This document shows positions 26,901 through 38,760 of a stretch of 64,000 bases of DNA, piece by piece; the stretch's first letter is position 1, and each line of letters opens with the position of its first letter. Made by a program: the position numbers and the translations under genes. The stretch comes from Macrostomum hystrix. Its lineage: Eukaryota > Animalia > Platyhelminthes. The notes under the pieces were generated by a model. The model saw nothing but the letters and a program-made list of their open reading frames with translations, was not told the DNA's origin and ran no database searches. The DNA lies in contig CATNEN010000029.1 of assembly GCA_950097015.1 (NCBI GenBank), positions 2,356,001 to 2,420,000 on the forward strand, in the 5' to 3' direction.

Positions 26901-29900
26901 CAGAGTGGTCAGTGATGTAGAGTTTGAGAACAGAGTGGTTAGTGATGTAGAGTTTGAGAACAGAGTGGGGAGTGATGTAGAGTTTGAGAACAGAGTGGTT
27001 AGTGATGTAGAGTTTGAGAACAGAGTGGGGAGTGATGTAGAGTTTGAGAACAGAGTGGTTAGTGATGTAGAGTTTGAGAACAGAGTGGTTAGTGATGTAG
27101 AGTTTGAGAACAGAGTGGGGAGTGATGTAGAGTTTGAGAACAGAGTGGTTAGTGATGTAGAGTTTGAGAACAGAGCGGGGAGTGATGTAGAGTTTGAGAA
27201 CAGAGTGGGGAGTGATGTAGAGTTTGAGAACAGAGCGGGGAGTGATGTAGAGTTTGAGAACAGAGCGGGGAGTGATGTAGAGTTTGAGAACAGAGCGGGG
27301 AGTGATGTAGAGTTTGAGAACAGAGTGGGGAGTGATGTAGAGTTTGAGAACAGAGCGGTTAGTGATGTAGAGTTTGAGAACAGAGCGGTTAGTGATGTAG
27401 AGTTTGAGAACAGAGCGGTTAGTGATGTAGAGTTTGAGAACAGAGCGAGGAGTGATGTAGAGTTTGAGAACAGAGCGCGGAGGGATATAGAGTTTGAGAA
27501 CAGAGCGGTTAGTGATGTAGAGTTTGAGAACAGAGCGGTTAGTGATGTAGAGTTTGAGAACAGAGTGGTTAGTGATGTAGAGTTTGAGAACAGAGCGGTA
27601 AGTGATGTACAGTGTTTGAGAACAGAGTGGTTAGTGATGTACAGTGTTTGAGAACAGAGTGGTTAGTGATGTACAGTGTTTGAGAACAGAGTGGTTAGTG
27701 ATGTACAGTGTTTGAGAACAGAGTGGTTAGTGATGTACAGTGTTTGAGAACAGAGTGGTTAGTGATGTAGAGTTTGAGAACAGAGTGGGGAGTGATGTAG
27801 AGTTTGAGAACAGAGTGGTAAGTGATGTACAGTGTTTGAGAACAGAGTGGTTAGTGGTGTACAGTGTTTGAGAACAGAGCGGGGAGTGCCAGACGGGTTG
27901 GAGCGTGCACAACAATGTGATCAAATCTCAATTTCCCGCCCGCAGGCAAGCAGCGCTTCGAGCACGCAGCCGCTTTCTTTCTTCTTGGCAACAGCGTGAA
28001 GGACGCCGTTGAAGTTTGCGTGACGAAGCTGCACGATCTGCAGCTGGCGGTTGTGCTGGCCAGGCTGCACGCAGCCGAGGGTGTCCTGATCTCGGACAGC
28101 AATCAGCCTCTGTTCGACCTGCTCAACAAGCACGTACTCAGCCCGACCGGCAAGTACTATCCAAATCCGTTCTACCGCAGCATGGCCCACTGGCTGTTGA
28201 AGGACTACGACCAGGCAGTCAGCACTCTGCTGCTGGGCGAGCCAGACTCGGCCCTGCTAGATCAGTCCAGTCCCAGCGTGTTTAACTACTTCAACTATTT
28301 GAAGTGTCATCCGCTGATTCTGCGCCAGGCTAAGCTGCGCGGCGGCCTCCCAGTTGGCATGGGAGGCGGAGGCGGAGGCGGCGCGGGCGGGAACGCCGTT
28401 GGCGGCGCCAACGCGGAGCGAATGAGCCTGACGGAGCGGCGGCTGTTCTTTCGCACCGCCCACGCCTACTTCCGCCTTGGCTGTCCCAGCCTGGCGCTGG
28501 AGGTGCTGACTCGCCTGCCAGACTATCTGCGACTTGAGTCTACAACTGGTGACGACAAAGACGGTCAACAACAGCTGGAGACAGCAGAACAGCCGCCGCC
28601 ACCGCCGCCTCTCAAAGAGGAAGACAGCTTCCTGTGCTGGAACGACATCGGCACAGTCGCCGACGCAGCGGATGACAGGCCGCCCTCGCTGCATCTAAGC
28701 AGCAGCAGCGATGGCAGCGACGCTGGCGATGATGAAAATGCCAACGGAGATCATGTCGACGGCGGTGGCAATGGAGGAGCGGCTGACGAGACGCCTTCTA
28801 CACTGGCTGCCAACAGTTCTGCCGAGTCGCAACAGCGCGAAGCTTCTCCAATGGTGCTGGATGTGATGACTCACCAGCTGAGATTCGTCGCCTGCCAGCG
28901 GATCATGTCCGAGGAGCTCAGCACCCTGGCCACCGGCTTCGAGGTTGACGGTGGGCAGCTCCGGGCGCAGCTTTACGCCTGGTTGGAGCGCGAGACTGCA
29001 CTGCTGAGGCGTCTGTGCCACTACGGCTGCGCGCCAAATGAGGACGAAAGCTCGATCGCCGCCGCGCCTACAGACGGTTTCGGCGGTCGCAAGGCCAGCC
29101 TAGTTGATCTCGGCGGCTTCGGATCCGCCATCAGTGGAGGAACCCGCTCCAGGCAGAGCAGCTTTCACAGCCGCCTGGACTCGTGGCAGCGCAGGAAGCT
29201 CTGGCTGCGCGACAATGAGCAGCTGTTGCGCACATTGTTGAGCTTCTGCTCACTGCACGGCGCCTCCGGAGGCGGCCTGACCTCGGTGCGCATGGAGCTC
29301 GTACTGCTGCTGCAGGAGCTGCTGCAGGACAATCTGACAGATGCGCCGCTGCAGCTGGAGTCCAAAGTGCCGCTGCCCAATAGTTTGCCTTTGATCAATG
29401 CGGCTGTTAGCAATTTCAAAACTGTCGTAGCCGATCCTATTCGCCAGCTGCAGAATCTCATCGGCGACGTCCTTGGCCAGCTGCGCCGCTGGGCCGCGCC
29501 GCCTGAGCTGCCAGCCAACGCCCAGGAGCTGTTCTTGCTGCGCAGCATCAGCGCGGCTGTGTCCGCCTGCGTGTACCAGTGCCTTGTGGACACCGTCGGT
29601 CCGCCAGGCGATGCCGCAGCCGCTGCCGGATTCACCACTAGCCTGGTCTATGGCGACTATTACTGCTTGATGAGTCGCCTAGCTGGGTCGCGGTCCGATC
29701 AACAGCCCGGACACCAGCAGCTGGGGGCACTGAGGGATGCCTCTGTTTGTGCCTACGGTGCGTCTGTGTTATTTCATTTGCACCTAGTACTTGGTGGCTA
29801 CTCAAATCCCTGAGCTCGATTTGGCGGAGAGAATGCTTGGGGGCTGCTTGTAGGGCTACTTACGCCCATGAGGGCCAACCTTTAAGGCACAGTAAGAGTG

Positions 29901-32900
29901 CACACTTGCCTGGCAATGAAAAAGTGAAGGCAGATGTACACCCCTTGTGACTGTGAACAGTGTTAACAGATACTGGTCTGCGTATGGTATGTGTGCATTT
30001 GTGCTCAGGAGTCAGCGGAATGGGCTGGCTTATTTGCCGCTTTCTGGCTGCTGGTCTACTGTAACCTAGTGATGTGCTGGCAGTGTCCACAGCCCTCAGG
30101 GGTGAGTAGCTGAGTAGTCTAATGCGTTAGCCTATCCCACCAAGGTCTCTGAGCTCGATTCCACGGCGAGGCCAGATTTCATTTAGGTGGCTTGTTGTGC
30201 CATTTACACCCTTAAAAGCCAATCTCCAAGGGCGCAGTGAAAGTGTGCACTACGTTGAGAAACTCGGGGCAGATGTACACACCTGTGTGAGTGTGTGAGT
30301 GTGTGCTCAGGAGTTAGCGGAATCGGCCTCAGTCACGTGTGCACAAATCTCTGCTGCAAATATATATATAAGATTTGAATGACTACAGATTAAAGTATAA
30401 TTAGGACTAGTTTTAATCGCGCAAATTGATTTCTTATTCGCAGATGCCAGTCAGCAGCAGCTGGAGGACTCTGAGGCGCCCAACACTCAGCCCAGCAAAT
30501 GGCCGGGCATTGCGCACCTGCGCAGCCTATTAGAACGGCACAAAGACGACGATGTGCCCAGACTGAACATCATCCTGACGGAGGCCTTTCTTAGTGTCTA
30601 CCTGGCCACCCTGACCTACGGCCTGACAACAGCCAATGCCAAGATTCTTCACCGCCTAACTGCCCGGCCGCTCAACGCCAGCGTCTGGGGCGCAGTCTTC
30701 GGCGGCGGCCTGAAGACAGCGCAGCGGCCTGCTCCAATGCGCATTAGCGACAGCGCCAGTCCCAGGCGGCCGGCGCAGCAGCAGCAGCCGGTCATTCCCC
30801 GCGTCACTGACGAGATGTCCAAGCAGCGCGTTCGTCTCTACTTGACAACTGTCCAAGGCGGTGGGGCCCCGCCTCTGCCACCGCCGCCGCAGACCCAGCA
30901 GCAGCAGCAGCAGATGCCAGTAATGCCATCGCCAACCACACCCAGCAGCGGCGCCGGGGTAGGCGGCAGCCGCGGGTACACGGAGCGCTTTGTACAACCC
31001 CGCGCATCCATCCTGGGCTGCCTGCTGGCCAAACTGCCGCCCGATCCGCGTCAGCCAGCCGGCCAGGCCGCCGACTTCGACTCAGCCAACGCCTCCGAGG
31101 AAGACGTCGACGCTGACGACCCGGATGATGAGCACGCCGATGCTGGCGCGCCAGACGAGATTCCCGGTTTCGGCGGCTCCATGGCTGAGCTAGACGCGGA
31201 CAGATCCTACCGGTCCAGCAGGCAGCTTCGCCAGACGCCGGCTGTTTCCAGGCGGCGCCAGGCGGCTCTGGAGCGGCGCGAATACGCCTGGCTGCTAATG
31301 CGCTGCGCCTGCGTGCGAGTCGCCCTAGACCAGGTAGGCCGCTTCCTGCCCCAGGTCGGCCTGGAGCTGTCCGACCTGCCGGTTGAGTCGCCCGCTCTGT
31401 ACAATGCGGTCAAACGAGTTCACCAGTGGCAGCGCGCCTTCCGCGATCGCCTGCGCCGATACGGTCAGCCTCCTGACGGCTTCCTGTGCGGCGGCGCCTC
31501 CCTCAACGATGATCTGACTGCCCAGCCGGCCCGCCTTCTGATGGAGCGTTACAAGCTGCTGTTGGACGCAGAGCGGACCCCATTCCCAGGCCGCTCCCTG
31601 TCCGATCGGCTCTGCAACCGGCTCTGGGCCCTGCTGCTGCGCAAGGAGGTCGCCCGCGACGTCTTCGCCAAGTTCGCCTTCCCGCCGCCGCCTCCGCCAC
31701 CGTCGTCGGCAGCGTCAAATTCGCGCCAGAGAGCGCCGCCTCGACCGCCGCCTCCGAATGTGTCTAGCGCCGAGCTGACCGAGTCGGCGCCACCGGCCGC
31801 CTCGGACTTGCCCGTAGCTCTGGTGCACGACACAAAAGGTGAAGCCATCAGCAGCTTCTGTCTTAGCCGGGCCAATCAGAACTGTCTAACACTGGCCACT
31901 AGCAAAGAGCTGGTGGAGTTGGACATCTGCGACCTCATGTTGCACCCGTTTGCTTCGCCCGGCCTGGATGACGAAGACGACGGTGGGCCGGCGGCGATTG
32001 TCGCCAGCGGAGGCGGAGGCGGCGGATTTGTTAACGACGCCGTCAGCCAGCTGGACGCTGATCAGTTGCCACGCCTGCTAACTAGTTTCGCCGTGCCCGG
32101 CGTCACCCCGGTGCCGACCCTGACATCCAGTGTCATCAAGGGCTGGCCAGCAAGGCTCATCACGCGGCGCTCTCTGCCAAAGCCGCGGCAGGTAAGACTG
32201 ATGGACTGCGATGCATGTTTATGCGATTGTCACTTCACCGATCTTGCAGTTTTATTAAGTGCTTCAACTGTCCAATATTCTTAGCCAGGTACTTTTGCTA
32301 GCTAATATCCCCCATCCAGATGCTTGAGTTCCTATTATCCCCATCCAGGTAATTTACCACCCTCGTCTTTTAAATCTCGCATCCCATAGGTGGCAGCCCA
32401 CCCGGACCGGCACAATTATTTGTTTGGCTCAGCCAGTGGCGCCATCGACTGCTACGAATGGTCGCACAGGGCCCCCTTAACCAAGCCAGGCAGTGTCAGC
32501 GTCGGCGGCCGCGTCACCGCCCTGCGCTTCAACGCCTACGGCAATCGATTCGCCGTAGGCGACAGCGAGGGCTACGTATCTCTGTGGCACTGGCGCAGCA
32601 TTGTCGGCGGCGCCGGCATGGGCTCCGAGGCGGACCGGCCCTATCGAGTGTGGCGCGGACATTCGCGCGGCTGCTCGGACCTGCAGTTCGCAGGCTGTTC
32701 AACTCTGTACGCTACTGGCGGCATGGGCGCCGAGTCCGAGGCCAACGCCGCACTGTGGGACACCCTGCTGCCGGTTGAAAAGTCCGTAGTGCAGCGCTTC
32801 TTTGAACCGGCTCTGCATGCCGGCTGCACTTCGCTGGCCTACGCGCCTCAGCGTCAGCTGCTGCTGGCCGGCACAGGAAAGGGCGGCGTGGCGCTGCTTG

Positions 32901-35039
32901 ACCTGCGCAAGGCCGCTGTGCGACACAGCTTTCAGGTGAGAACAATACAGCTAGTCAGTACGGTATATGGCTTTATCAGACTACTTGCAGTAGCTTATTG
33001 TAGTAGGTTGAGTAGCCACCTCTCAGATCCTCTGTAGGGAGAGTAGCCACCTCTCAGATCCTCTGTAGGGAGAGTAGCCACCTCTCAGATCCTCTGTAGG
33101 GAGAGTAGCCACCTCTCAGATCCTCTGTAGGGTGAGTAGCCACCTCTCAGATCCTCTGTAGGGTGAGTATCCGCCTCTCAGATCCTCTGTAGGGTGAGTA
33201 GCCACCTCTCAGATCCTCTGTAGGGTGAGTAGCCAACTCTCAGATCCTCTGTAAGGTGAGTAGCCACCTCTCAGATCCTCTGTAGGGAGAGTAGCCACCC
33301 TCTCAGATCCTCTGTAGGGTGAGTATCCGCCTCTCAGATCCTCTGTAGGGTGAGTAGCCACCTCTCAGATCCTCTGTAGGGTGAGTATCCGCCTCTCAGA
33401 TCCTCTGTAGGGTGAGTAGCCACCCTCTCAGATCCTCTGTAGGGTGAGTAGCCACCCTCTCAGATCCTCTGTAGGGTGAGTAGCCACCCTCTCAGATCCT
33501 CTGTAAGGTGAGTAGCCACCCTCTCAGATCCTCTGTAGGGTGAGTAGCCACCTCTCAGATCCTGTGTAGGGTGAGTAGCCACCCTCTCAGATCCTCTGTA
33601 AGGAGAGTAGCCACCCTCTCAGATCCTCTGTAGGGTGAGTAGCCACCCTCTCAGATCCTCTGTAAGGTGAGTAGCCACCTCTCAGACCCTCTGTAAGGTG
33701 AGTAGCCACCCTCTCAGATCCTCTGTAGGGTGAGTAGCCACCCTCTCAGATCCTCTGTAAGGAGAGTAGCCACCCTCTCAGATCCTCTGTAGGGTGAGTA
33801 GCCACCCTCTCAGATCCTCTGTAGGGTGAGTAGCCACCCTCTCAGATCCTCTGTAAGGTGAGTAGCTACCTCTCAGATCCTCTGTAGGGTGAGTAGCCAC
33901 CCTCTCAGATCCTCTGTAGGGTGAGTAGCTACCTCTCAGATCCTCTGTAGGGTGAGTAGCCACCCTCTCAGATCCTCTGTAAGGAGAGTAGCCACCCTCT
34001 CAGATCCTCTGTAGGGTGAGTAGCCACCCTCTCAGATCCTCTGTAAGGTGAGTAGCCACCTCTCAGATCCTCTGTAAGGTGAGTAGCCACCCTCTCAGAT
34101 CCTCTGTAGGGAGAGTAGCCACCCTCTCAGATCCTCTGTAAGGTGAGTAGCCACCCTCTCAGATCCTCTGTAGGGAGAGTAGCCACCCTCTCAGATCCTC
34201 TGTAGGGTGAGTAGCCACCCTCTCAGATCCTCTGTAGGGTGAGTAGCCACCCTCTCAGATCCTCTGTAGGGAGAGTAGCCACCCTCTCAGATCCTCTGTA
34301 AGGTGAGTAGCCACCTCTCAGATCCTCTGTAAGGTGAGTAGCCACCCTCTCAGATCCTCTGTAGGGAGAGTAGCCACCCTCTCAGATCCTCTGTAGGGTG
34401 AGTAGCCACCCTCTCAGATCCTCTGTAGGGAGAGTAGCCACCCTCTCAGATCCTCTGTAGGGAGAGTAGCCAACTCTCAGATCCTCTGTAGGGTGAGTAG
34501 CCACCCTCTCAGATCCTCTGTAGGGTGAGTAGCCACCTCTCAGATCCTCTGTAGGGTGAGTAGCCACCTCTCAGATCCTCTGTAGGGAGAGTAGCCACCC
34601 TCTCAGATCCTCTGTAGGGTGAGTAGCCACCCTCTCAGATCCTCTGTAGGGTGAGTAGCCACCCTCTCAGATTCTCTGTAGGGAGAGTATCAAACTACAC
34701 TACTCTAAGTAGAAATACGCGCATTTTAAACACAATTTTGCAATGCAGGCACACGAGCCGGGCTCCGCGGTGACCACACTGTGCGTTGATCCAAGCGAGC
34801 GGCTTCTCCTAACCGGCTCCGCTGACGGCTCCGTCCGCGCCTGGCGCCTCGGCGCCCACGAACCCTTGGCCTGCTTCCGCGACGAGCACGTTGCGCCTCG
34901 TTCTCTGCTGCGCTCGGCCTCAGATCAGGGCGTACAACGCCTGGAGTTGTGCAGCCGCGACGGTCACTGCTACTTGTTCTCCTGCGGCTGCGATGGCACC
35001 GTCAAACTGCGACCAGTTGACTCGCTTATTGCCGCTTGA
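14976..35039 (+). CDS. DMXL: DmX-like protein / rabconnectin-3 alpha (RAV1-related WD40 V-ATPase assembly factor), 12 coding exons, about 3132 aa
   Basis: The N-terminus MRLHQILTGSCN...FIAYASGCDLVIL...RVQILPG matches the DMXL family, as do NLVASVNPETDIPL, LDWVSTEDGSHILSV, LPQYHPKKLMELL, WRTAALKNAFDLLGKQRFEHAAAFFLL, KWPG and the C-terminal WD40 repeats. Hand-built exons: 14976-15879, 16588-17211, 17548-18155, 19106-19463, 19893-20490, 22181-23066, 23664-24200, 25099-25585, 27946-29757, 30444-32191, 32390-32935, 34749-35039. All junctions are GT/AG and phase-compatible, summing to 9399 nt. The acceptors of exons 2 and 5 and the donor of exon 9 are the least certain. Confidence 0.95.
15925..16490. 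repeat. 26-bp minisatellite in DMXL intron 1
   Basis: Unit ATCCCATCCTGTTCCTATGTTCTAAT. Confidence 0.95.
17255..17515. repeat. ~29-bp minisatellite in DMXL intron 2
   Basis: Unit GGCCCTCGAGTTTGAGCAGGTCTCTTGCT with variants. Confidence 0.9.
18224..19045. repeat. 24-bp minisatellite in DMXL intron 3
   Basis: Unit GTGAGCTTGTGAATGGGTCAACCA. Confidence 0.97.
19480..19840. repeat. 49-bp minisatellite in DMXL intron 4
   Basis: Unit GACAGGCGGCTCCCTTTGATCTTCCATAGCTCTACCAGTTCTTCAGTTA. Confidence 0.95.
20508..22160. repeat. 22-23 bp minisatellite in DMXL intron 5
   Basis: Unit CTACCAATGCTATCCC(C)TCTCAT, about 70 copies. Confidence 0.97.
23330..23545. repeat. 22-bp minisatellite in DMXL intron 6
   Basis: Unit CTACTAAATCCCATTGATATCC. 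Confidence 0.95.
24215..24685. repeat. 37-bp minisatellite in DMXL intron 7
   Basis: Unit CTAGAAATCCTCTAAAAACACTCCCGATCCTCA(T/G)TTC. Confidence 0.95.
24778..24985 (+). mobile_element. Degenerate copy 3 of the CORE-like SINE (DMXL intron 7)
   Basis: GTAACCTAGTGGTTAGAGCG...GAGTTCGATTCC...TGTGTCCTTTAAGTTAGACACTTAAC...CAGTTCACCCAGCTGTTGAAATGG...CATCTGACCCAATT aligns with copies 1 and 2, with internal deletions. Confidence 0.85.
25770..27890. repeat. 30-31 bp minisatellite in DMXL intron 8
   Basis: Unit AGTGATGTAGAGTTTGAGAACAGAG(T/C)GG(TT/GG), about 65 copies. Confidence 0.97.
29800..30365 (+). mobile_element. Two tandem copies of a second SINE-like family in DMXL intron 9
   Basis: The copy at 30099-30365 has A-box-like TAGCTGAGTAGTCTAATGCG, B-box-like GCTCGATTCC and a (TA)n tail. 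The copy at 29800-30050 shares CTGAGCTCGATT, GGCAGATGTACAC and GTGCTCAGGAGT.AGCGGAAT in the same order. Confidence 0.55.
33008..34690. repeat. 31-32 bp minisatellite in DMXL intron 11
   Basis: Unit GAGTAGCCAC(C)CTCTCAGATCCTCTGTAGGGT, about 53 copies. Confidence 0.97.
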
Positions 35040-36339
35040 GGATAGAAACTTTCTTAGCGAGAAAACAAGTTAACACTGACTGCTTCAGATACTACTTAGC
35101 ATTGTCTAGTAGAGTAGCTGGTGTTTTAGTTTATCCACAAGCTCCCGTGCATATGTTAAAAGGTCGCACAATAACATTAGTTTCTGATTCTTTTCAACTC
35201 AAATTAAATAATTTTAGGAATCATGTTATGCTAGATTTGCAATTTGCAAGCCTCACAAACCTTTACTTTCCTGTCCAATCTACTCTGCTAATTAGTCAAA
35301 GAGAGTAATTAGTCGATTCTCTTTTTGTTCTTTACGAAATCTTTCGACTGTCCAACCAGGCATAATATTAAACTGTGCATAGCCGTTTACCATGCTGTTG
35401 TTCTTTCTGTTGTTTAAAAATTGACTAATCCAAATGCCATATATATACGAGTATATACATGCTGCATGTCATACATTGATTTTTGTTGATGCACATAGAT
35501 CGTAGATTTCTGACTAAGAATTTACTGATTCCGACAACTTACTAATCTGTTCTATTCTGTTCCTCTCTCTCTATAGCCTATGTCCTAATTCTTTAGAAAT
35601 GTAGCTTTGTGTTTTTTATACAAGCTTTTCAGGTCAATTAATTCTTATTTTATTGTCTTAAAATCCACTATTGTTAAGCTTGTCTCATTAACTAGCAGTA
35701 GCAAGATATTGTTGAGATTATATGCAATGCAATCTAAAGATTAGATTAATTAGAAATCGATATTCCTGTCTCTTCATAAGGTAGTATGAGGGCCGTCTAA
35801 CTAGTAATTATTTTCATTTTCTAAACTGATCCTTTTATATTAGAAAACAATTTCGCAACAAATTTTGTTGCTTTTAGTTTATATTATTATCAATATTTTA
35901 CCCTGCTCATTTCAAGTCACTTTTATAATTATGTATTCTCCTACTAATAGTACTAGATATTTAGCGGTCGGGCAGTAGTATGCAGAGTGACAGTCGTTCT
36001 ATTTAAAAAATGGCGTCTGATCGGTTCATGCATAATTTACAGTGTACTCAAGTTTACTTATAAAATCTGACTTAGTGTTTAGTATGCTAATTAATATTGA
36101 GTACCATCGCTTCCAACAAGGACTACAATTATGTCTAATCTTTATGTTTTGCATCGTTTTTTCTTACATTATTAAATAATAGACCGTTAGTCCCCTCACA
36201 GTTTCGGCCCATACTATCTCATGCACCATCATCATTCCCTGTCTATTTTGCAACTGTGATTAATAAACTGTGGAGACTGTAGACAATAGAAATTACCATT
36301 TCGCTTTTTTTCTGTGTGCATTCTTTCTTAACTCTTCTT

Positions 36340-38760
36340 TTAACCACGAGAAGACTGATGGTAAGCAGTGCTTACCAAGGCCTAATTTTACTTCCTGCCG
36401 GCTTGAGTAGATAGAATTCTATGGTTAAATTGATATTATCGGTTCCTGCCTGCAGTGGTAAGCACAGCTTACCGTGAATATTCTAGATTTTTTTCTGACA
36501 AGCATAAATTTTAAATTGTACATTCTTAATTATGTGTTGTTTGTACATCTCCTTTATAGCTTTTAGTTCAAACATTCTATTTTATTCAAGAAGGCTCTGA
36601 TAAATTTGAATTCCAATATCTTAACTTTCTCGTAGTATTGTAAAAATAACTAAAGAACAAAGAAGAGCATCGAAACAGCCGATACATCTGTCCAATCTAA
36701 CTTACCAGCGCATACAGAGGGTACGACTGGTACACTATGCAGAAACTATAACTAGCAAAACTAGAATAAATAAATAATAGTCATTAACAAATTTAAGCTA
36801 AAGACAAGAGGCAAAAACTGAAAACTTAAGTCATTTTGAGTGTTAAGCTGGTCCATTCTGTCGATACTTCAACGCTGCGAATGCCAACGTTGGAAGCAAT
36901 CGAACAAACAAAGTCCCGGGCATCCTGGACATCGGCTATTTGATATTTGATGAAGGTATTCTGGCCACCACACTTGGAGTACAGAACCCAAGCGTTGCGC
37001 ACCATTTGAAGGCACATATGCAAGCCCAGCTTGTGGAACCATTTTGTTGTTTTTCTGCCGGCGTCATAAGGCTGCAGGGTGCCGTCTAGCTTGTCCACAC
37101 CACCCATGCAGCGATTGTAAGTTAAGACACTGCGGCTCTTCTGCACTGCCACATGTTGTCCAGCTCGATTGATCTTGACTTTCTCGGCCTTTGACGCAAC
37201 GTCCTTCGTGTCCAGCAAATACACGGTCTTGACTCCACTCTGCTTCCTCTCGACAGCCTTCACAATTAGAACTCGTCCCTTCCTCACGAAAGCTACATTA
37301 TTCGGAACCACCACAGCCTGCCGAAGCTGAGCCGGAACTCCTCGGTCTGGCCTCACGGTGCCCGTCAGGAACGTTGAATGGTCAATAAGGAACTGGGATA
37401 ACCTGTATGATGTAAACCAGGTGTCGGTAAATATTCTGTACCCTAGGTCCAGAATGTCATTGGCCAGCTCAGCTACGATTCGCTCGCTGAGAGAAAGATT
37501 TACACAGTCCTGTGTGGAGCCGAACTTCCGATTTTCTTCTGGAGTTGAGTGCACTATGAAATTGAAGAGATAAGCAGACTTGGACTCACACAGACAGTAC
37601 ATCTTCATTCCGGACTTGGCCCGCTTTGTTGGAATGTACTGTTTAAAACGAAGTCGCCCCTTAAACAGTATCAAGGACTCGTCAATGCTCACTTCACACT
37701 CAGGCCTGTAGTTGTTCTTGCAATAAGCTTGCAGCATATTCATAAATGGACGAATCTTGAGTAGTGGATCTGCGCTTGCTTCTTCCCTGCTGTCGTAGAA
37801 GCGCAGAAATGTCAGCAGCTGCTTGAATCTATCGCGAGCTAACGCCTCGGGCTTCTGAAAGTATGGCATGCAGTGAAAATCATCTGTGCTCCAGTAGTCA
37901 TGTAGCTCGGACTTTTTTTTCAGGCCCATGTACAGGTGCATGCCGACTAGCTTTTTCATCTCGCTTGCGGTGCAGTCCCGCCAGCTAGTCAAGATAGGTG
38001 GAAGGACGTCCGTCTCAGGATCCAGCTCCATCAGCATGGTGGCCACCTTGGCGTTCGTCCATTCAGCGAGACGTTGGAAAAGCTCATCAGAAAGGAACAT
38101 TTGTAAAAATAAAGACTTATCCAGCTCAACATTGTCAGGAATTAAAACGTTAGGATTTAGGCCAGCAGTTCCGGTAAATTCAAAACTTTCTGTCCCTTCA
38201 TCGGAGCCAGGCTCGACAAACCGCCAAACATTCTCAACTTCAGCCGCTTCGCCATCTGCGAACTCCTGTCCTTCCTCGCCTTCAGGCTCTTCCATGATTG
38301 GAGGATTGCCATTCAGTGCGTCTTCGATGCCAACCTCCTCACCAGGCTCCTCGTCTATTGTTAAGTAGGAGTCGAGGCTCACTTCACTGTCTGAGGTCAT
38401 GTATTCGATCCCAGAGAGAGAAGCCATGTACTGCAGGTTTTCAGTGAGTACGCTCGTACTGAGAAATTTAGTGAGAAAAGACTAACAAACAAGATGGTCA
38501 GAATATTATTGTAAGAAAGCTTGTCCTACTGTAAAGGGGACTTGCTGCGCACAGATTTCTATGGTAAGCAGCGCATACCAAGCAGGCAGCAAGTGAGACT
38601 GCTTTACTGGCTAAAGGCAGTAGTGCTGCTCATTTCCTTCCCGTCTAGTGCATCAGTTTAAGCCATGCTTGATAGTAAGCCTAGCCGGCAGGAATGGGAG
38701 TGACATGCTATGCCAGAAAATATCTATGGTAAGCACTGCTTACCAAGCAGTCGGAAACAG
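36340..38760 (-). mobile_element. piggyBac DNA transposon
   Basis: TTAA followed by CC at 36340. The 19-bp palindrome TGGTAAGCA-n-TGCTTACCA sits near both ends (36359-36377 and 38727-38745), TTCCTGCCGGCT is shared by both ends, and a transposase ORF lies inside. The exact right terminus is unclear because no TTAA sits at the symmetric position. Confidence 0.85.
36826..38427 (-). CDS. piggyBac-family DDD transposase, C-terminal cysteine-rich domain disrupted
   Basis: 533-aa ORF with an acidic N-terminus, DPLLKIRPF, SIDESLILFKGRLRFKQYIPTKRAKSGMK, FTDTWFTS, YNRCMGGVDKLD and KWFHKL. The catalytic triad is intact. The CRD remnant is in another frame (36931-36869). Confidence 0.93.
   Translation of the reverse strand: MASLSGIEYMTSDSEVSLDSYLTIDEEPGEEVGIEDALNGNPPIMEEPEGEEGQEFADGEAAEVENVWRFVEPGSDEGTESFEFTGTAGLNPNVLIPDNVELDKSLFLQMFLSDELFQRLAEWTNAKVATMLMELDPETDVLPPILTSWRDCTASEMKKLVGMHLYMGLKKKSELHDYWSTDDFHCMPYFQKPEALARDRFKQLLTFLRFYDSREEASADPLLKIRPFMNMLQAYCKNNYRPECEVSIDESLILFKGRLRFKQYIPTKRAKSGMKMYCLCESKSAYLFNFIVHSTPEENRKFGSTQDCVNLSLSERIVAELANDILDLGYRIFTDTWFTSYRLSQFLIDHSTFLTGTVRPDRGVPAQLRQAVVVPNNVAFVRKGRVLIVKAVERKQSGVKTVYLLDTKDVASKAEKVKINRAGQHVAVQKSRSVLTYNRCMGGVDKLDGTLQPYDAGRKTTKWFHKLGLHMCLQMVRNAWVLYSKCGGQNTFIKYQIADVQDARDFVCSIASNVGIRSVEVSTEWTSLTLKMT

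Noticed and set aside
25945-27651. 568-aa (SDVEFENRVV)n ORF
   Set aside because: It is a 30-bp repeat between phase-matched DMXL splice sites that join LLG|KQRFEH.
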